A stretch of DNA of 64,000 nucleotides from positions 1 through 64,000 of the forward strand of contig JBMORD010000219.1 in the NCBI GenBank assembly GCA_049322495.1, written 5' to 3'. The stretch is from Myxococcota bacterium (GTDB lineage Bacteria > Myxococcota > Myxococcia > Myxococcales > Myxococcaceae). Of this stretch, positions 43,888 to 54,300 are shown in pieces (within the stretch, counting starts at the first letter, position 1; each line of letters begins with the position of its first letter). A program made the position numbers and the translations under genes. Under the pieces are notes generated by a model that was given only the letters and a program-made list of their open reading frames with translations, had not been told where the DNA came from and did not search any database.

Positions 43888-45111
43888 ATGCACGTCGTCT
43901 TCATCGAGCCCCGCTTCCCGACCAACCAGCGCTTCTTCGTGCGCGCCCTCAAGGAAGTGGGCGCCACCGTCACCGCCATCGGCGAGGGGAGCAAGGACTC
44001 GCTCGACGGCGAGCTCAAGCACTGGCTCACGCACTACGAGCAGGTCGACTCGGTGGTGAACGAGGGCGCGGTGCTGCGCGCGGTGCAGTTCGTCAACTCG
44101 AAGCTCCGCGTCGATCGCCTCGAGGCGGTGGTCGAGGCGCACATCATGTCGACCGCGAAGGTGCGCGAGGCGATGGGCATCGAGGGCACCTCGGTGCGCA
44201 CCTCGTGGCTGTGCCGCGACAAGCCGTCGATGAAGCAGGCGCTGCGCGAGGCCGGCGTGCCGTGCGCGCAGTCGGCGGCGGTGGGCTCGGTCGCCGAGGC
44301 GGTCGAGTTCGCGAAGCAGGTCGGCTTCCCGCTCATCTTGAAGCCGCGCGACGGCGCTGGCGCGTCAGGCGCGGCGCGGGTCGACTCGCTGGCAGATCTC
44401 CAGCGCGCGGCGGCAGACCTGGGGCTCGATCGCGGCCGCTCGGTGGCCATCGAGGAGTTCATCGAGGGCCACGAAGGCTTCTACGACACCATCACCATCG
44501 GCGGCCGCGTGGTGCACGACTTCGCCACGCACTACTACCCGAACGTGCTCGAGGCGATGCGCACGCGGTGGATCAGCCCGCAGTTCATCGCCACCAACCG
44601 CATCGACGCGGCCGAGGGCTACCAGGAGCTCAAGGTGATGGGCGCGAAGGTGGTGCGGGCGCTCGGCATCGGCACGTCGGCGACCCACATGGAGTGGTTC
44701 TCCGGGCCGAAGGGCCTCAAGTTCTCGGAGATCGGCTGCCGCCCGCCCGGCGTGCGCACCTGGGACCTCTACAACGTCGGCAACGACGTCGACCTCTACC
44801 GCGAGTGGGCCAACGCCGTGGTGCACGGCCGACCGGGCGCGCGGCTCTCGCGCCGCTTCTCGGCGGGCCTCATCGCGCTGCGCCCCAGCCAGGACGGCCG
44901 AATCGCCGGCTACGTCGGGCTGCAGAAGATCGAGCGCGCCTTCGGGCAGTGGATGATCGACGCCCACCTCCCGCCGGAGGGCACGCCCACCCAGCCCGTC
45001 GAGGCCGGCTTCATGGCCAACGCGTGGATGCGCTTCAAGCACCCCGACTACGACCAGCTCCGCAGCATCCTCGACACCGTCGGCCAGACGGTGAAGGTCA
45101 TCGCGCGCTGA
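43888..45111 (+). CDS. ATP-grasp domain protein
   Basis: 'FPLILKPRDGAGASGAARV', 'IEEFIEGHEGFYD' and 'GLKFSEIGCRPPG' match the ATP-grasp core. Confidence 0.6.
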   Translation: MHVVFIEPRFPTNQRFFVRALKEVGATVTAIGEGSKDSLDGELKHWLTHYEQVDSVVNEGAVLRAVQFVNSKLRVDRLEAVVEAHIMSTAKVREAMGIEGTSVRTSWLCRDKPSMKQALREAGVPCAQSAAVGSVAEAVEFAKQVGFPLILKPRDGAGASGAARVDSLADLQRAAADLGLDRGRSVAIEEFIEGHEGFYDTITIGGRVVHDFATHYYPNVLEAMRTRWISPQFIATNRIDAAEGYQELKVMGAKVVRALGIGTSATHMEWFSGPKGLKFSEIGCRPPGVRTWDLYNVGNDVDLYREWANAVVHGRPGARLSRRFSAGLIALRPSQDGRIAGYVGLQKIERAFGQWMIDAHLPPEGTPTQPVEAGFMANAWMRFKHPDYDQLRSILDTVGQTVKVIAR

Positions 45112-45145
45112 GCCTCGGCGTGCGGCGATCCGCTATGGTTCGCCC

Positions 45146-45745
45146 ATGGCTGCCCCGCAGATCGACCTCGTCCCGGTGCCGCGCGGGTCCGTGACCTTCC
45201 CGGTCGTGCTTCGTCCTCCGCGAGGCTTCAAGGCGTCGAGGCCGTCGTCGTGGCCAAGCGTCGAGGGGCGGCTCGAGTACGCGAAAGGAAAGCTGCTCTA
45301 CATGCCTCCGTGTGGCGAAGAACGGGCGGCGGTGGCGGCCTCCGTGAGCTGGGTCCTCATGGACTGGGCACGACGCACACCGGGCTTCGACGTCGGCGGC
45401 AACGAGGCGGGCATCATCCTCGATGGAGATGTCCGCGGCGTCGATGGTGCAGTGTGGAAGAGCAGCGGGAAGAAGCGGACGAATCGCTTCCGTCGCCAGG
45501 CACCGGTCCTCGCCGTCGAAGTTCAGGGGGAAGAGGAGACGCTCGATTCCCTCCGTCAGAAGGCGGCGTGGTACCTCGACCGGGGCACGGAGACCGTGTG
45601 GCTCGTCCTGCCTTCGCAGCGGTTGGTGGTGGTCGTGACCGGCAACGGCGAGAAGCGGGTGCGAGAGGGCGAGCGGCTGCCTCAGCCAGCGGGGCTTCGC
45701 GGGCTCTCACCGCTCGTCGCCGATCTCCTCTGGCGTCCAGGCTGA
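45146..45745 (+). CDS. Uma2-family (DUF820) putative endonuclease
   Basis: 'PDLAVEV.S' fits the Uma2 core. Confidence 0.65.
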   Translation: MAAPQIDLVPVPRGSVTFPVVLRPPRGFKASRPSSWPSVEGRLEYAKGKLLYMPPCGEERAAVAASVSWVLMDWARRTPGFDVGGNEAGIILDGDVRGVDGAVWKSSGKKRTNRFRRQAPVLAVEVQGEEETLDSLRQKAAWYLDRGTETVWLVLPSQRLVVVVTGNGEKRVREGERLPQPAGLRGLSPLVADLLWRPG

Positions 45746-45779
45746 GCCCGCCCTTTCGACCGGTTCGTTCCTCGCTTGA

Positions 45780-46763
45780 GTGACGTGGGGGGCGGGCCCA
45801 TCATCCGCGCTTCGCAGGCTTCCCACAGGAGTCGTCGTGAAAGGTGTGCTGCTGGGCCCCCAGCAACTGAAGCAGAGCCTCGGCGCGGCGGTGAAGGTGC
45901 TCGGTCGTGAGGGGCCCATCGCCTTGGTGACCGCCGGCTGGCAGGAGCGCGAGGACCAGGACGAGGAGCTCGCGGGTCAGCTCGGCCGCCCGACCATCAA
46001 CCTCAAGCTCTACGAGCGCGCCGAGCAGGTCTTCCACGAAGATCCGGAGTTCGCGAAGGCGCACCGCGCGCGGCAGGACCAGCTCCGGCAGATCCAGGAG
46101 TTCTACCGCGAGCGCCTCGAGCGCACCTTCGACGCGGCGATCGACATCGATCGTCGCTCGGTGGGCAGCGACCTCCACGCCGACGAGCTGCGGCTGTCGT
46201 TCGAGCAGATCCGCCGGCTCGATCAGGAGCACCTCGAGCGGGTGACGGCGCTCCGTGAGGCGCACGAGCTCCAGCTGCGGCCCTTCGAGCGGCCGGCGAT
46301 CGTGAAGCACCGCGACGAGCTCCGGCGGCTGCTCTCGCGGGTGCAGCTGCTGGCCATCGCCGGCGGGCACGTGGCGGGGCTGCTCAACCGGCTGCGGCTC
46401 TTCGGGCTCAAGGAGCTGCTGCAGGACCACGCGCTCATCGCCTGGAGCGGCGGCGCGATGGTCACCGGCGATCGCCTGGTGCTGTTCCACGAGAGCCCGC
46501 CCGAGGGCGTGGGCATCTCGGAGGTGCTGGAGCAGGGCCTCGGGCTGCACCACGGCGTGCTGCCGCTGCCCAACCCGAAGCTGCGCCTCAAGCTCGAAGA
46601 CAGGTTCCGGGTGAGCTGGCTCGCGCGGCGCTACCAGCCCGAGAAGTGCGTGGCGCTCGATCAAGGCGACTTCGTGCAGTTCGATGGCGACACGTGGTTC
46701 GGCAACGAGGGCACGGTGCAGCTCAAGACCGACGGCACGGTGAGCGCGGGGTGGACGTCATGA
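45780..46763 (+). CDS. Peptidase S51-like (cyanophycinase/dipeptidase E fold, class-I glutamine amidotransferase-like)
   Basis: 'VQLLAIAGGHVAGLLNRLRLFGLKELLQDHALIAWSGGAMVTG' resembles the S51 nucleophile region. The start may be the GTG near 45837. Confidence 0.5.
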   Translation: MTWGAGPSSALRRLPTGVVVKGVLLGPQQLKQSLGAAVKVLGREGPIALVTAGWQEREDQDEELAGQLGRPTINLKLYERAEQVFHEDPEFAKAHRARQDQLRQIQEFYRERLERTFDAAIDIDRRSVGSDLHADELRLSFEQIRRLDQEHLERVTALREAHELQLRPFERPAIVKHRDELRRLLSRVQLLAIAGGHVAGLLNRLRLFGLKELLQDHALIAWSGGAMVTGDRLVLFHESPPEGVGISEVLEQGLGLHHGVLPLPNPKLRLKLEDRFRVSWLARRYQPEKCVALDQGDFVQFDGDTWFGNEGTVQLKTDGTVSAGWTS

Positions 46764-47914
46764 ACCCGGCGGCTCCGGAGCTGGCGATCGAGAAGCTCAA
46801 GGCGCAGCGCCCCGACGGCGCGGCGGTCGACGCCTTCATGCGCTCGCATCACGCGTTCCCGCTCGTCGAAGGCACGCGGGTGACGTTCGTCTTCCGCGGA
46901 CCGGTCGACGCGGTGAACCTCAAGAGCTGGGTGTATGGTTTGCCGAACTCGCAGCCGCTGCTGCAGGTGGCCGGCACCGACCTCTGGTACCTCACGCTCG
47001 ACATCCCGCGGAAGTCGCGCGTCGAATACAAGTTCGAGCTCGTCCGCAACGGGCAGGGCGTGTGGATCGAGGATCCGCTCAACAAGAACCGGGCGACGGA
47101 TCCGTTCGGCGCGAACTCGGTGGTCCACGGCGAGGGCTACTCGGTGCCCGAGTGGACGCAGTACGACCCCGACGCGCGCCCCGGCGTGCTCGAGCCGTGG
47201 GTGATCAACAGCGCGGCGTTCAACGACACGCGGAAGTTCCACGTGTACCTGCCGGCGCGCTTCCGGCGCACGCGGCGCTACCCGCTGATCTTCGTGCACG
47301 ACGGGCCTGACTACGTGCGCTTCGCGAACCTCAAGGTGGTGCTGGACAACCTGATCCACCGCCTGGAGATCCCCGACGTCATCGTGGCGCTGTCGGGCTC
47401 GCCCAACCGCATCGGCGAGTACGCGAACGACGAGCGGCACGCGCGCTTCGTGACCGAGGAGGTGGTGCCAGACCTCGAGCAGCGGCTGCCGATCATCAGC
47501 GCGCCGCGCGGGCGGTGCCTCATGGGGGCGTCATTCGGAGGGGTGGCGGCGCTCTCGACGGCGGCGCGGTACCCGGGCTTCTACGGACGGCTGCTGCTGC
47601 AGTCGGGCTCGTTCGCGTTCAGCGACTTCGGGCACCAGAACGAGCGCGGCCCCGCGTGGGACCCGGTGGTGCGGTTCATGAACCGCTTCCGCGAGAACCC
47701 GGTGCACATCGCAGACAAGGTGTTCATGAGCTGCGGCATGCACGAGCGGTTGATCTACGAGAACCGCTCGCTGGTGCCGATGCTGCAGTCGACCGACATC
47801 GACCTGCGGTACGTCGAGGCGCGCGACGGGCACAACTGGGAGAACTGGCGCGACCGCCTGCGCGAGGGGCTGGCCTGGCTGTTCCCCGGCCCGCTGCGCA
47901 TGGTCTACGAGTGA
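46760..47914 (+). CDS. Enterochelin-esterase-like alpha/beta hydrolase (N-terminal Ig-like domain + esterase domain)
   Basis: The ATG overlaps the upstream stop. The esterase domain has 'YPLIFVHDGPDY' and 'RCLMGASFGGVAAL'. Confidence 0.7.
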   Translation: MNPAAPELAIEKLKAQRPDGAAVDAFMRSHHAFPLVEGTRVTFVFRGPVDAVNLKSWVYGLPNSQPLLQVAGTDLWYLTLDIPRKSRVEYKFELVRNGQGVWIEDPLNKNRATDPFGANSVVHGEGYSVPEWTQYDPDARPGVLEPWVINSAAFNDTRKFHVYLPARFRRTRRYPLIFVHDGPDYVRFANLKVVLDNLIHRLEIPDVIVALSGSPNRIGEYANDERHARFVTEEVVPDLEQRLPIISAPRGRCLMGASFGGVAALSTAARYPGFYGRLLLQSGSFAFSDFGHQNERGPAWDPVVRFMNRFRENPVHIADKVFMSCGMHERLIYENRSLVPMLQSTDIDLRYVEARDGHNWENWRDRLREGLAWLFPGPLRMVYE

Positions 47915-48342
47915 GTCAAATATGGCGACGTAAACTCCTCGATGAGTAGCTCTTCGGGGAATGGGGGCACTTCAACTTCAGTGCCGACATAGAGAGTCAT
48001 GTCGTATCCAAAATGCAGAAATGTTGCCGGTCGGCCTTCGAGCTTGCACCAATATCTCTCGCGGAGACAGTCGATTGTAACTTGCCTCAGTTCCTGCTCG
48101 GTTGTGACGAGGCCCGTTCGTAGCCATACTTGATACACGATGTCGTGGTTTTCGATCTTTCTCACAGCCAACGGGAGAGTTCGCACGAGACAACTGGCTG
48201 CAAAACTGACCATCTTCGTCTCGAACCGAAGATACTCGCTCTCCGATAGTATGACTCCTGCGAACACGCGTCCGACATCGGAAATGCTGGACCAGTCATC
48301 AGAAAAGCTGGCCCCTGGTCTTCTGCGAATTCGCAAGCGCAC
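47905..48342 (-). CDS. Probable cognate immunity protein of the downstream-encoded RHS toxin tip (low-GC)
   Basis: It lies immediately 3' of the RHS toxin gene on the same strand, and it falls in the same ~50% GC block as the toxin C-terminal domain. It shows no family resemblance. The true start may be the internal 'MVSFAASCLVRTL' near 48213. Confidence 0.45.
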   Translation of the reverse strand: MRLRIRRRPGASFSDDWSSISDVGRVFAGVILSESEYLRFETKMVSFAASCLVRTLPLAVRKIENHDIVYQVWLRTGLVTTEQELRQVTIDCLRERYWCKLEGRPATFLHFGYDMTLYVGTEVEVPPFPEELLIEEFTSPYLTHS

Positions 48343-51300
48343 TAGTCTCCGATCCTTTCAAGTGCTTCATTGAATGTTCCGAGTCTTGTCTGTTTGGACT
48401 TTAGTCCTTCAACAGTGTTGGCCATCTTGAATGCTCCACCATTGTGTGAGTCGACGTCGAATGAAATGTAGCGCTTTCCGTCTGTATAAACTGCTTGTCC
48501 GTGAGACTCGAAGTTCGTCTTTCGAAAGCCGAGTTTTGTAGCCAAATTCTTGAGGAACTCCTTTCGCGGTAGTGGTGGCGGGGGTGTCGGTGGTTTGAAT
48601 AGGTTTGATTGTGATTGTTTTGATGCCGAGACGAGATCGTCAATCGCTAGGCTATGACATCCGTTGTTGTGGACGATTGACGAGTTCTGTCCGACTGCGT
48701 AGTTGTGATGCTCTGCTATCTCAAGGTTGAAGACGGGAACGCTCCCGACTCTGGCGTTGACCGAGAGGACGCGCGAACGGCCGACGACACCACCCAACTC
48801 GACCAAGGGCTGCAGGGACCGGGCTTCGGCGAATTCACCCGAGGTGAGCAAAAAGGGATGCTCGGGAGTCGCCGTGATGGTCTCGCGCGAGCCGTCGGCT
48901 CCTTCGATGGTCACGTCGACGAGCTCCGAAGCGAGCAAGCTCCACGCATTGAGGACCGGTTGTGCCGACGCGACGCCGCGTTCGTCGACGGCGATGACGA
49001 GGTCGCCCGGCTGAATCTGTTCGATAGGCCGGTGCTCGCCCGACGCGAGCAGGACGAGAGTTCCGGCGACGAAACAGCCCTTACCTGTGATCTTGCACGC
49101 ACCCTCAGCGCAGGCGGACTTCAGGCTGTCAACGCCCTTCTTGATAGCGCCGCCGACCTTGGTCGCGACCGAGCCACCGATCTTCTTCAGCGTTGGCGCA
49201 GCTGCCTTGAGCAGTCCCGCCCCTCCCTTGACGACGCCCGCAGTCACGGTGCCCATCACGAAGTCGCCGGCCATGCTGTTGACGTCGAAGGCTTCGCTGA
49301 GACTCCCGGTCTTCACGCCGCGCTCGACGATTCCGCCTGCCATGCCGGAGACACCTCCGGTGACCAGGAGGCTCGCCCCGCCGGTCGCCGCAGCGAGGCC
49401 TCCCGCGACCGCGCCGCCGGCAGCGGCGGCGAGGGTGCCCTGGACCGTGGCCGTCTCGCCGTTCCACGCCGCCTTGGCGAGGTAGACAGCCGCACCGATT
49501 CCTCCACCGATCAGCGCGCCGATGACGATGTGACCGAACTGCCCCGACTTGTCTCTGAGGCTCGTCGGCGTGTTTCGCGAGTAGCTGTACAGATTGAGAA
49601 CTTGCGGGTCGTCCTGCGCCTCATCGGCGCCCGCGAGCAGGCTGAGGTCGGGCGAGATGAATCGCCCCAGGCGAACGTCGTAGTACCGGCTGTTCAGGTA
49701 CTGGAGCCCCGCCTCTGCATCGAACTCCGCGCCGATGAAGCCATACGGCTCGTCGCTCTGAACGATCGGGTTTCCCCACACGTCGAAGTTCGACTGCGCG
49801 AGCACCTCTCCCGCGTCGTTGAGCTGGATGTTGTGACTGCCGAGGTGGTTGTCGAGGTAATAGACGGCGCGCGACTGCGGCCCGCAGGAACACGAGCTCA
49901 GGAGCACGGCCAGCCCCACCGCCAGCGTCCGCACTGCGAGCTTGCGCTTCTGGAGCAGCAGCGCTGCCATCGCGAGCAGCATCGCGGCAGCAGCAGCCAG
50001 TGATGACGCGGCGCCCCCGAGCGAGGCCATCGCGGTCACCGTCTTCGGGAGCGCGCCACCGACTCGCGCGATGCGCGCCTCTCCGAGGTAGACGTACTTG
50101 ACCAACGCGCCGTCTCGAACCTCTGAGTACTTGTCCAGATACAGGGTCTGGTGGCTCGTCCCACCCCTCGTCACTCGCTTGAGTGTGCGCTGTCCTGTGT
50201 AGTCATACAGATACTCGGTCGTGGCTTCTTCGGTCTCGACCTTGCGAAGCTCGCCCCTCGGGTCCCAGGTGAAGGTCCGCCCGAGCGACACGGTCATCTG
50301 CCCGTTCGCGTTCGTCACCATCGGGCGCCCACCCACCGCGGTCAGCACGCTGGGTCGCGTCAGGTCTTCGTACGCGTACGCGCCAACGTCGCTCTTCTGC
50401 AGCAGGTTCCCCACGTCGTCGTACTGGTGACTGAGCACGCCGGCTGGTCCCCGGGCGTCCTTCAGGCGCATCAAGCTGTCGTAGGTGAACTCGAACGACG
50501 AGCTGAGCTGACCGGCCGTGTTGACCCGGTCGGTGATTCGCTCGAGCGACCCGACCGGGCTGTAGGCGAACTCGAGGTTCTGGAGCTCCTTGCCGGCCCT
50601 GCTGGCGCTCCGAATGTCTTTCACGCGGTCGTGATCGTCGTACCCGGCGGTGCTGACTACGCCGTTGGCGAGCGCCCGACGCACGGCGAGGCCCTTCGCG
50701 TTGTACTCCACGGCTTCGACGAAACCTTCGATCGCCGAGACCAGCCCGCGCTTGTTGAACGAGTACTTGATGACGCTTTCGTCGGGGTAGGTGATCTCGG
50801 TCGCGTGGTCGAGGTTGTCGAACTTCAGCGAGAGCGTGTAGGTCTTTCCCTCGAAGGTGCGCGCGTTGCTGACGAGTCGACGGCGCGCGTCGTAGGTGAA
50901 CGACTCCTCGCCAGCGAGGTCGACCACACGGCTCAGGTCGCCGACCGAGGTCTCGTCATAGAAGTAGCGGATGGTGCCCGTGTCGACTCCAGCCGCGTCG
51001 ACGAGTGACTCGGTGATGATCCGTCCCGCTCCGTCGTAGCTCCGCACCGTCGCCTGCCCCAGCGCGTCGCGCGCGACCGTACCGTTGCCGTCATCGTCGT
51101 ACTCCCAGGTTCGAGTTCCAGCCTCGGGGTGCTTCACCCTGGTCAGACGTGACAGGCCGTCAAACACGTACTCGACGCGTTGTTGGTTTGCGAGAACGAC
51201 GCCCGCTCGTCGACCTGCGGCGTCGAAGAGGAACTCGGTGGTCAGCGGTTTGTCTTTGAGCAGCTCGACCGTCTTGACGAGCCGCCCCAGGCCATCGAAC

Positions 51301-54300
51301 TCGTGGCGCATCGGTGTGTTGGCGTGTTCGGCGCCAGGCGTGAGATCGAGCGCGTCCCAGTTCTCGACCCAGAGCGGTCCACGACGCATCTCAGCGCGAG
51401 TCCCATCCTCGAAGGTGCTGCTCACCACCCGGCCGAGCGCGTCGTAGCGGTGCTTGACCGCCGGCGTTCCAGGCGCCGTGAGCTCGAGCGACGACGCGAA
51501 GTAGCTGTCCCACTCCTCGAGCACGCTTCCGCGCCGCGAGTATCGCTTTCGGCCCTCGACGACGACCTGATCATTCTCGATGAGGTGCTGGGTTGCGACC
51601 TTCCGCCCGAGCCCGTCGAAGAGGTCCTGGGTCTCGGTGTCCTCGCCGTCTCGCACCCGCGTCAGCATTCGCAGCCTGGAGTACGGGTTTGCGAGTTCGT
51701 ACACCCACGAGACCGTCGGCTGGTCGAGCGAATCTCCCGCCTGGGCGATCGCCGTCAATCGATGCAGGGCGTCCCACCGGTACTGACTCACGCTCGAGTT
51801 GGAGTCGGTGAACGACGCCACGAGGCCCATCGCGTTCTTGTAGGTCGCCTTGAACTCGAGCTTGCGGCTGTCGTCGATCCACAGCCGCTCGAGCACAGGG
51901 AAGGTGTGCGTCGGGTCCCACTCGATCTCCCTGCGGGCGCCGCGCGGAGTGCGCATCTCGATCGGGTTGCCGAACTCGTCTCGCTCGATCCGGCTCTGCT
52001 GGACCCAGCGCGTGCCTTCGACCCACGCCTCGGTGCGCGTCTCGGCTCCTCGCGTGAGCTCTCCGAGGGGGAGTCCCTGAAACGCGTCGCCGTCGTAGTA
52101 ATGCCGTGTGATGGTCAGCGGAGCGCCATCGGCGCCGAGCGACTTCTGCTCTACCGGTCGCCCGAGGATCCACTCGTCGAGCTTGTTGGCCCAGGTCGCG
52201 AGCTGCACGGACTCGTCGCCGGTGCGATCGGTCCTGCCCAGTTGATGGTCCTCGACCACGTTTCCGAAGGCGTCGTAGACGAAGGTCCGCTGGGTCTCGA
52301 CCGGCGACGATCGGCCTTCGAAGATCAACGTCGTCTCGGAGGTGAGTTCAGCTCCGGTCACGTTGACGCCGCCCGTGCCGAGCTCGTAGACGCGAGGAGT
52401 CCACGTCCGGGTGATTCGGCTGAAGCGGAAGCCGCCCGTGGCCCTCGCCTCGACGCTGAGTTCCCGACCGCGGAGCGTCTCCGACAAGACCTCGAAGACG
52501 TGCTCGGTCTCGAGCGATGGCTCGTCATCGTCGCCTTCGTCGGTCTGCACGACCACCCCGAAGCCGCGGAACTCGCGCGTCGCGCGCTCGTAGTGCCCTT
52601 CTCTGTAGCGGTACTGCGTGACGTAGTCGGCGCCGAGCGAGTCACTGAGTACCACGCCAGCGACGACCTGAACCGGGAACGGCACGCGGCGCTGCCACGG
52701 CGTGCCGGCCTCCTGGGCGAGCTGGAACTCCTCGCTGCTCGATGTGTACGCGAGCCGTCTGGTCATCCCCAGCCCGTTGGCGACGCGCGTGAGCAGGTTG
52801 GCGCGCATGCCGGGCTGCAGGTCGACGTACACCACGCGCTCGTCGGGGACCGCGGACGGCGTGAAGTAGACGACGTCGAGGCTCCCGTTGGCGTTCATGT
52901 CCGCCAGGCGGACCTGGGTGAGTCCGGCGTTGGCGAAGGGGGTGTTGGCGACGCTCTGCTTCGCTTCGAAGCGCTCCCCTGCACCGAGCTTCCAGAAGTC
53001 GACGTGTTCCGTGTCGACGAGCACGAGATCAGGCAGGCCGTCTCCCGTGAGGTCCGCGAATTGAAGGCGCGACTCGAGCGCGCCGACGTCCGGAACGTCG
53101 CTGAGCTCGACCGGCGCATCGAAGCGGCCACGTCCCATCCCCGGCCAGTACATGAGCGAAGCGCTGCGAACGAAGGCGATGTCGACGAGTCGGTCGCCGT
53201 TGACGTCGACCAGCTTGAAGCGCGGGTCGGCGAAGTCGACCGTGGTTTGACCGCTCAGCAGCGGCAGGGTCACGGCCGGCTCGAAGTCACCCGCACCGTT
53301 ATTTCGCCACCAGCTCACGCCGTTGGGGGCCACCCTCAGGACGTCCGGGAGCTTGTCGAAGTCGAGGTCCACCAGCCGCGTCGCGCCGTCCTCGAGGTTG
53401 AACGAGGGCATCGAGGTGAACGTCTCCGCCGGCCGCCAGTCGCCGTCGCCGCTCGCCGCGAAATACCTGAAGGCCGTCGTTCCCGTGTGCGCGAGGAGGT
53501 CCGCAAGACCATCACCGTTCATGTCGCCCAGCTCGACCCCTGTGGTCTGGAGCGCGACGTTGGGCGCAGCGGCAACGGGCCGTGGCGCCGCGAAGCGCAG
53601 GCCGCCGATGTTCCTCGCCCACTGATGCTGTCCCGTCGCCGCGACGAGCACATCGACGAACCCGTCGCCGTCGAAGTCGGTGAGCTCGGCGTCGAGGTTG
53701 CTCCCGGGGAGTTGCACTGGCCCGTTGGACATCGCCGACGGGTGAGCGCCGTTGCTCATGCCCGAGTACTCGAAGGTCAGCGGAGGGAAGGTCGTCCGGT
53801 CGTCGTCTCCGAACATGACGACCGAGTCGAGGAGCGACAGCCCCGTTCCCATCACGTACGTGAACTCGTAGCGCGCGAGCTGGGACGTGCCGCCGAAGAC
53901 CCGGATCCGCTTCAGGCGCCGCGCCGCCACGGTCTTGAAGCCGGGCTTGTAGTCCGTGAGGACGTCAGGGCGCTGCTCCCACTCGAGCTCGACGTGGTTC
54001 TGGGCTGCGCCCGCTCGACGGTTGTATTCGATGCGGGTGAGGGAGGGCCGGCCACCGTGCTTCTCGTAGAAATAGCTGATCCGGTTCTGAAACCGGTCGA
54101 CCTCTTCTTCGAGCATCAATTGGAAGACCCGGCCGGCGTCTTCGATGCGGCTCTCCGGTGAGAGGCCGAAGCGCTGCGTGTTCCCGGACGGAAGGTCGAC
54201 CTCGAAGTGAGCGCCCGACTGTCGGACCCGGACGAAGCGCCCCTCGTTCTTCAGGCGCCAGGTGCCGTTGGGCAGCTTGACCAGCTCCGCGCCCGAGAGG

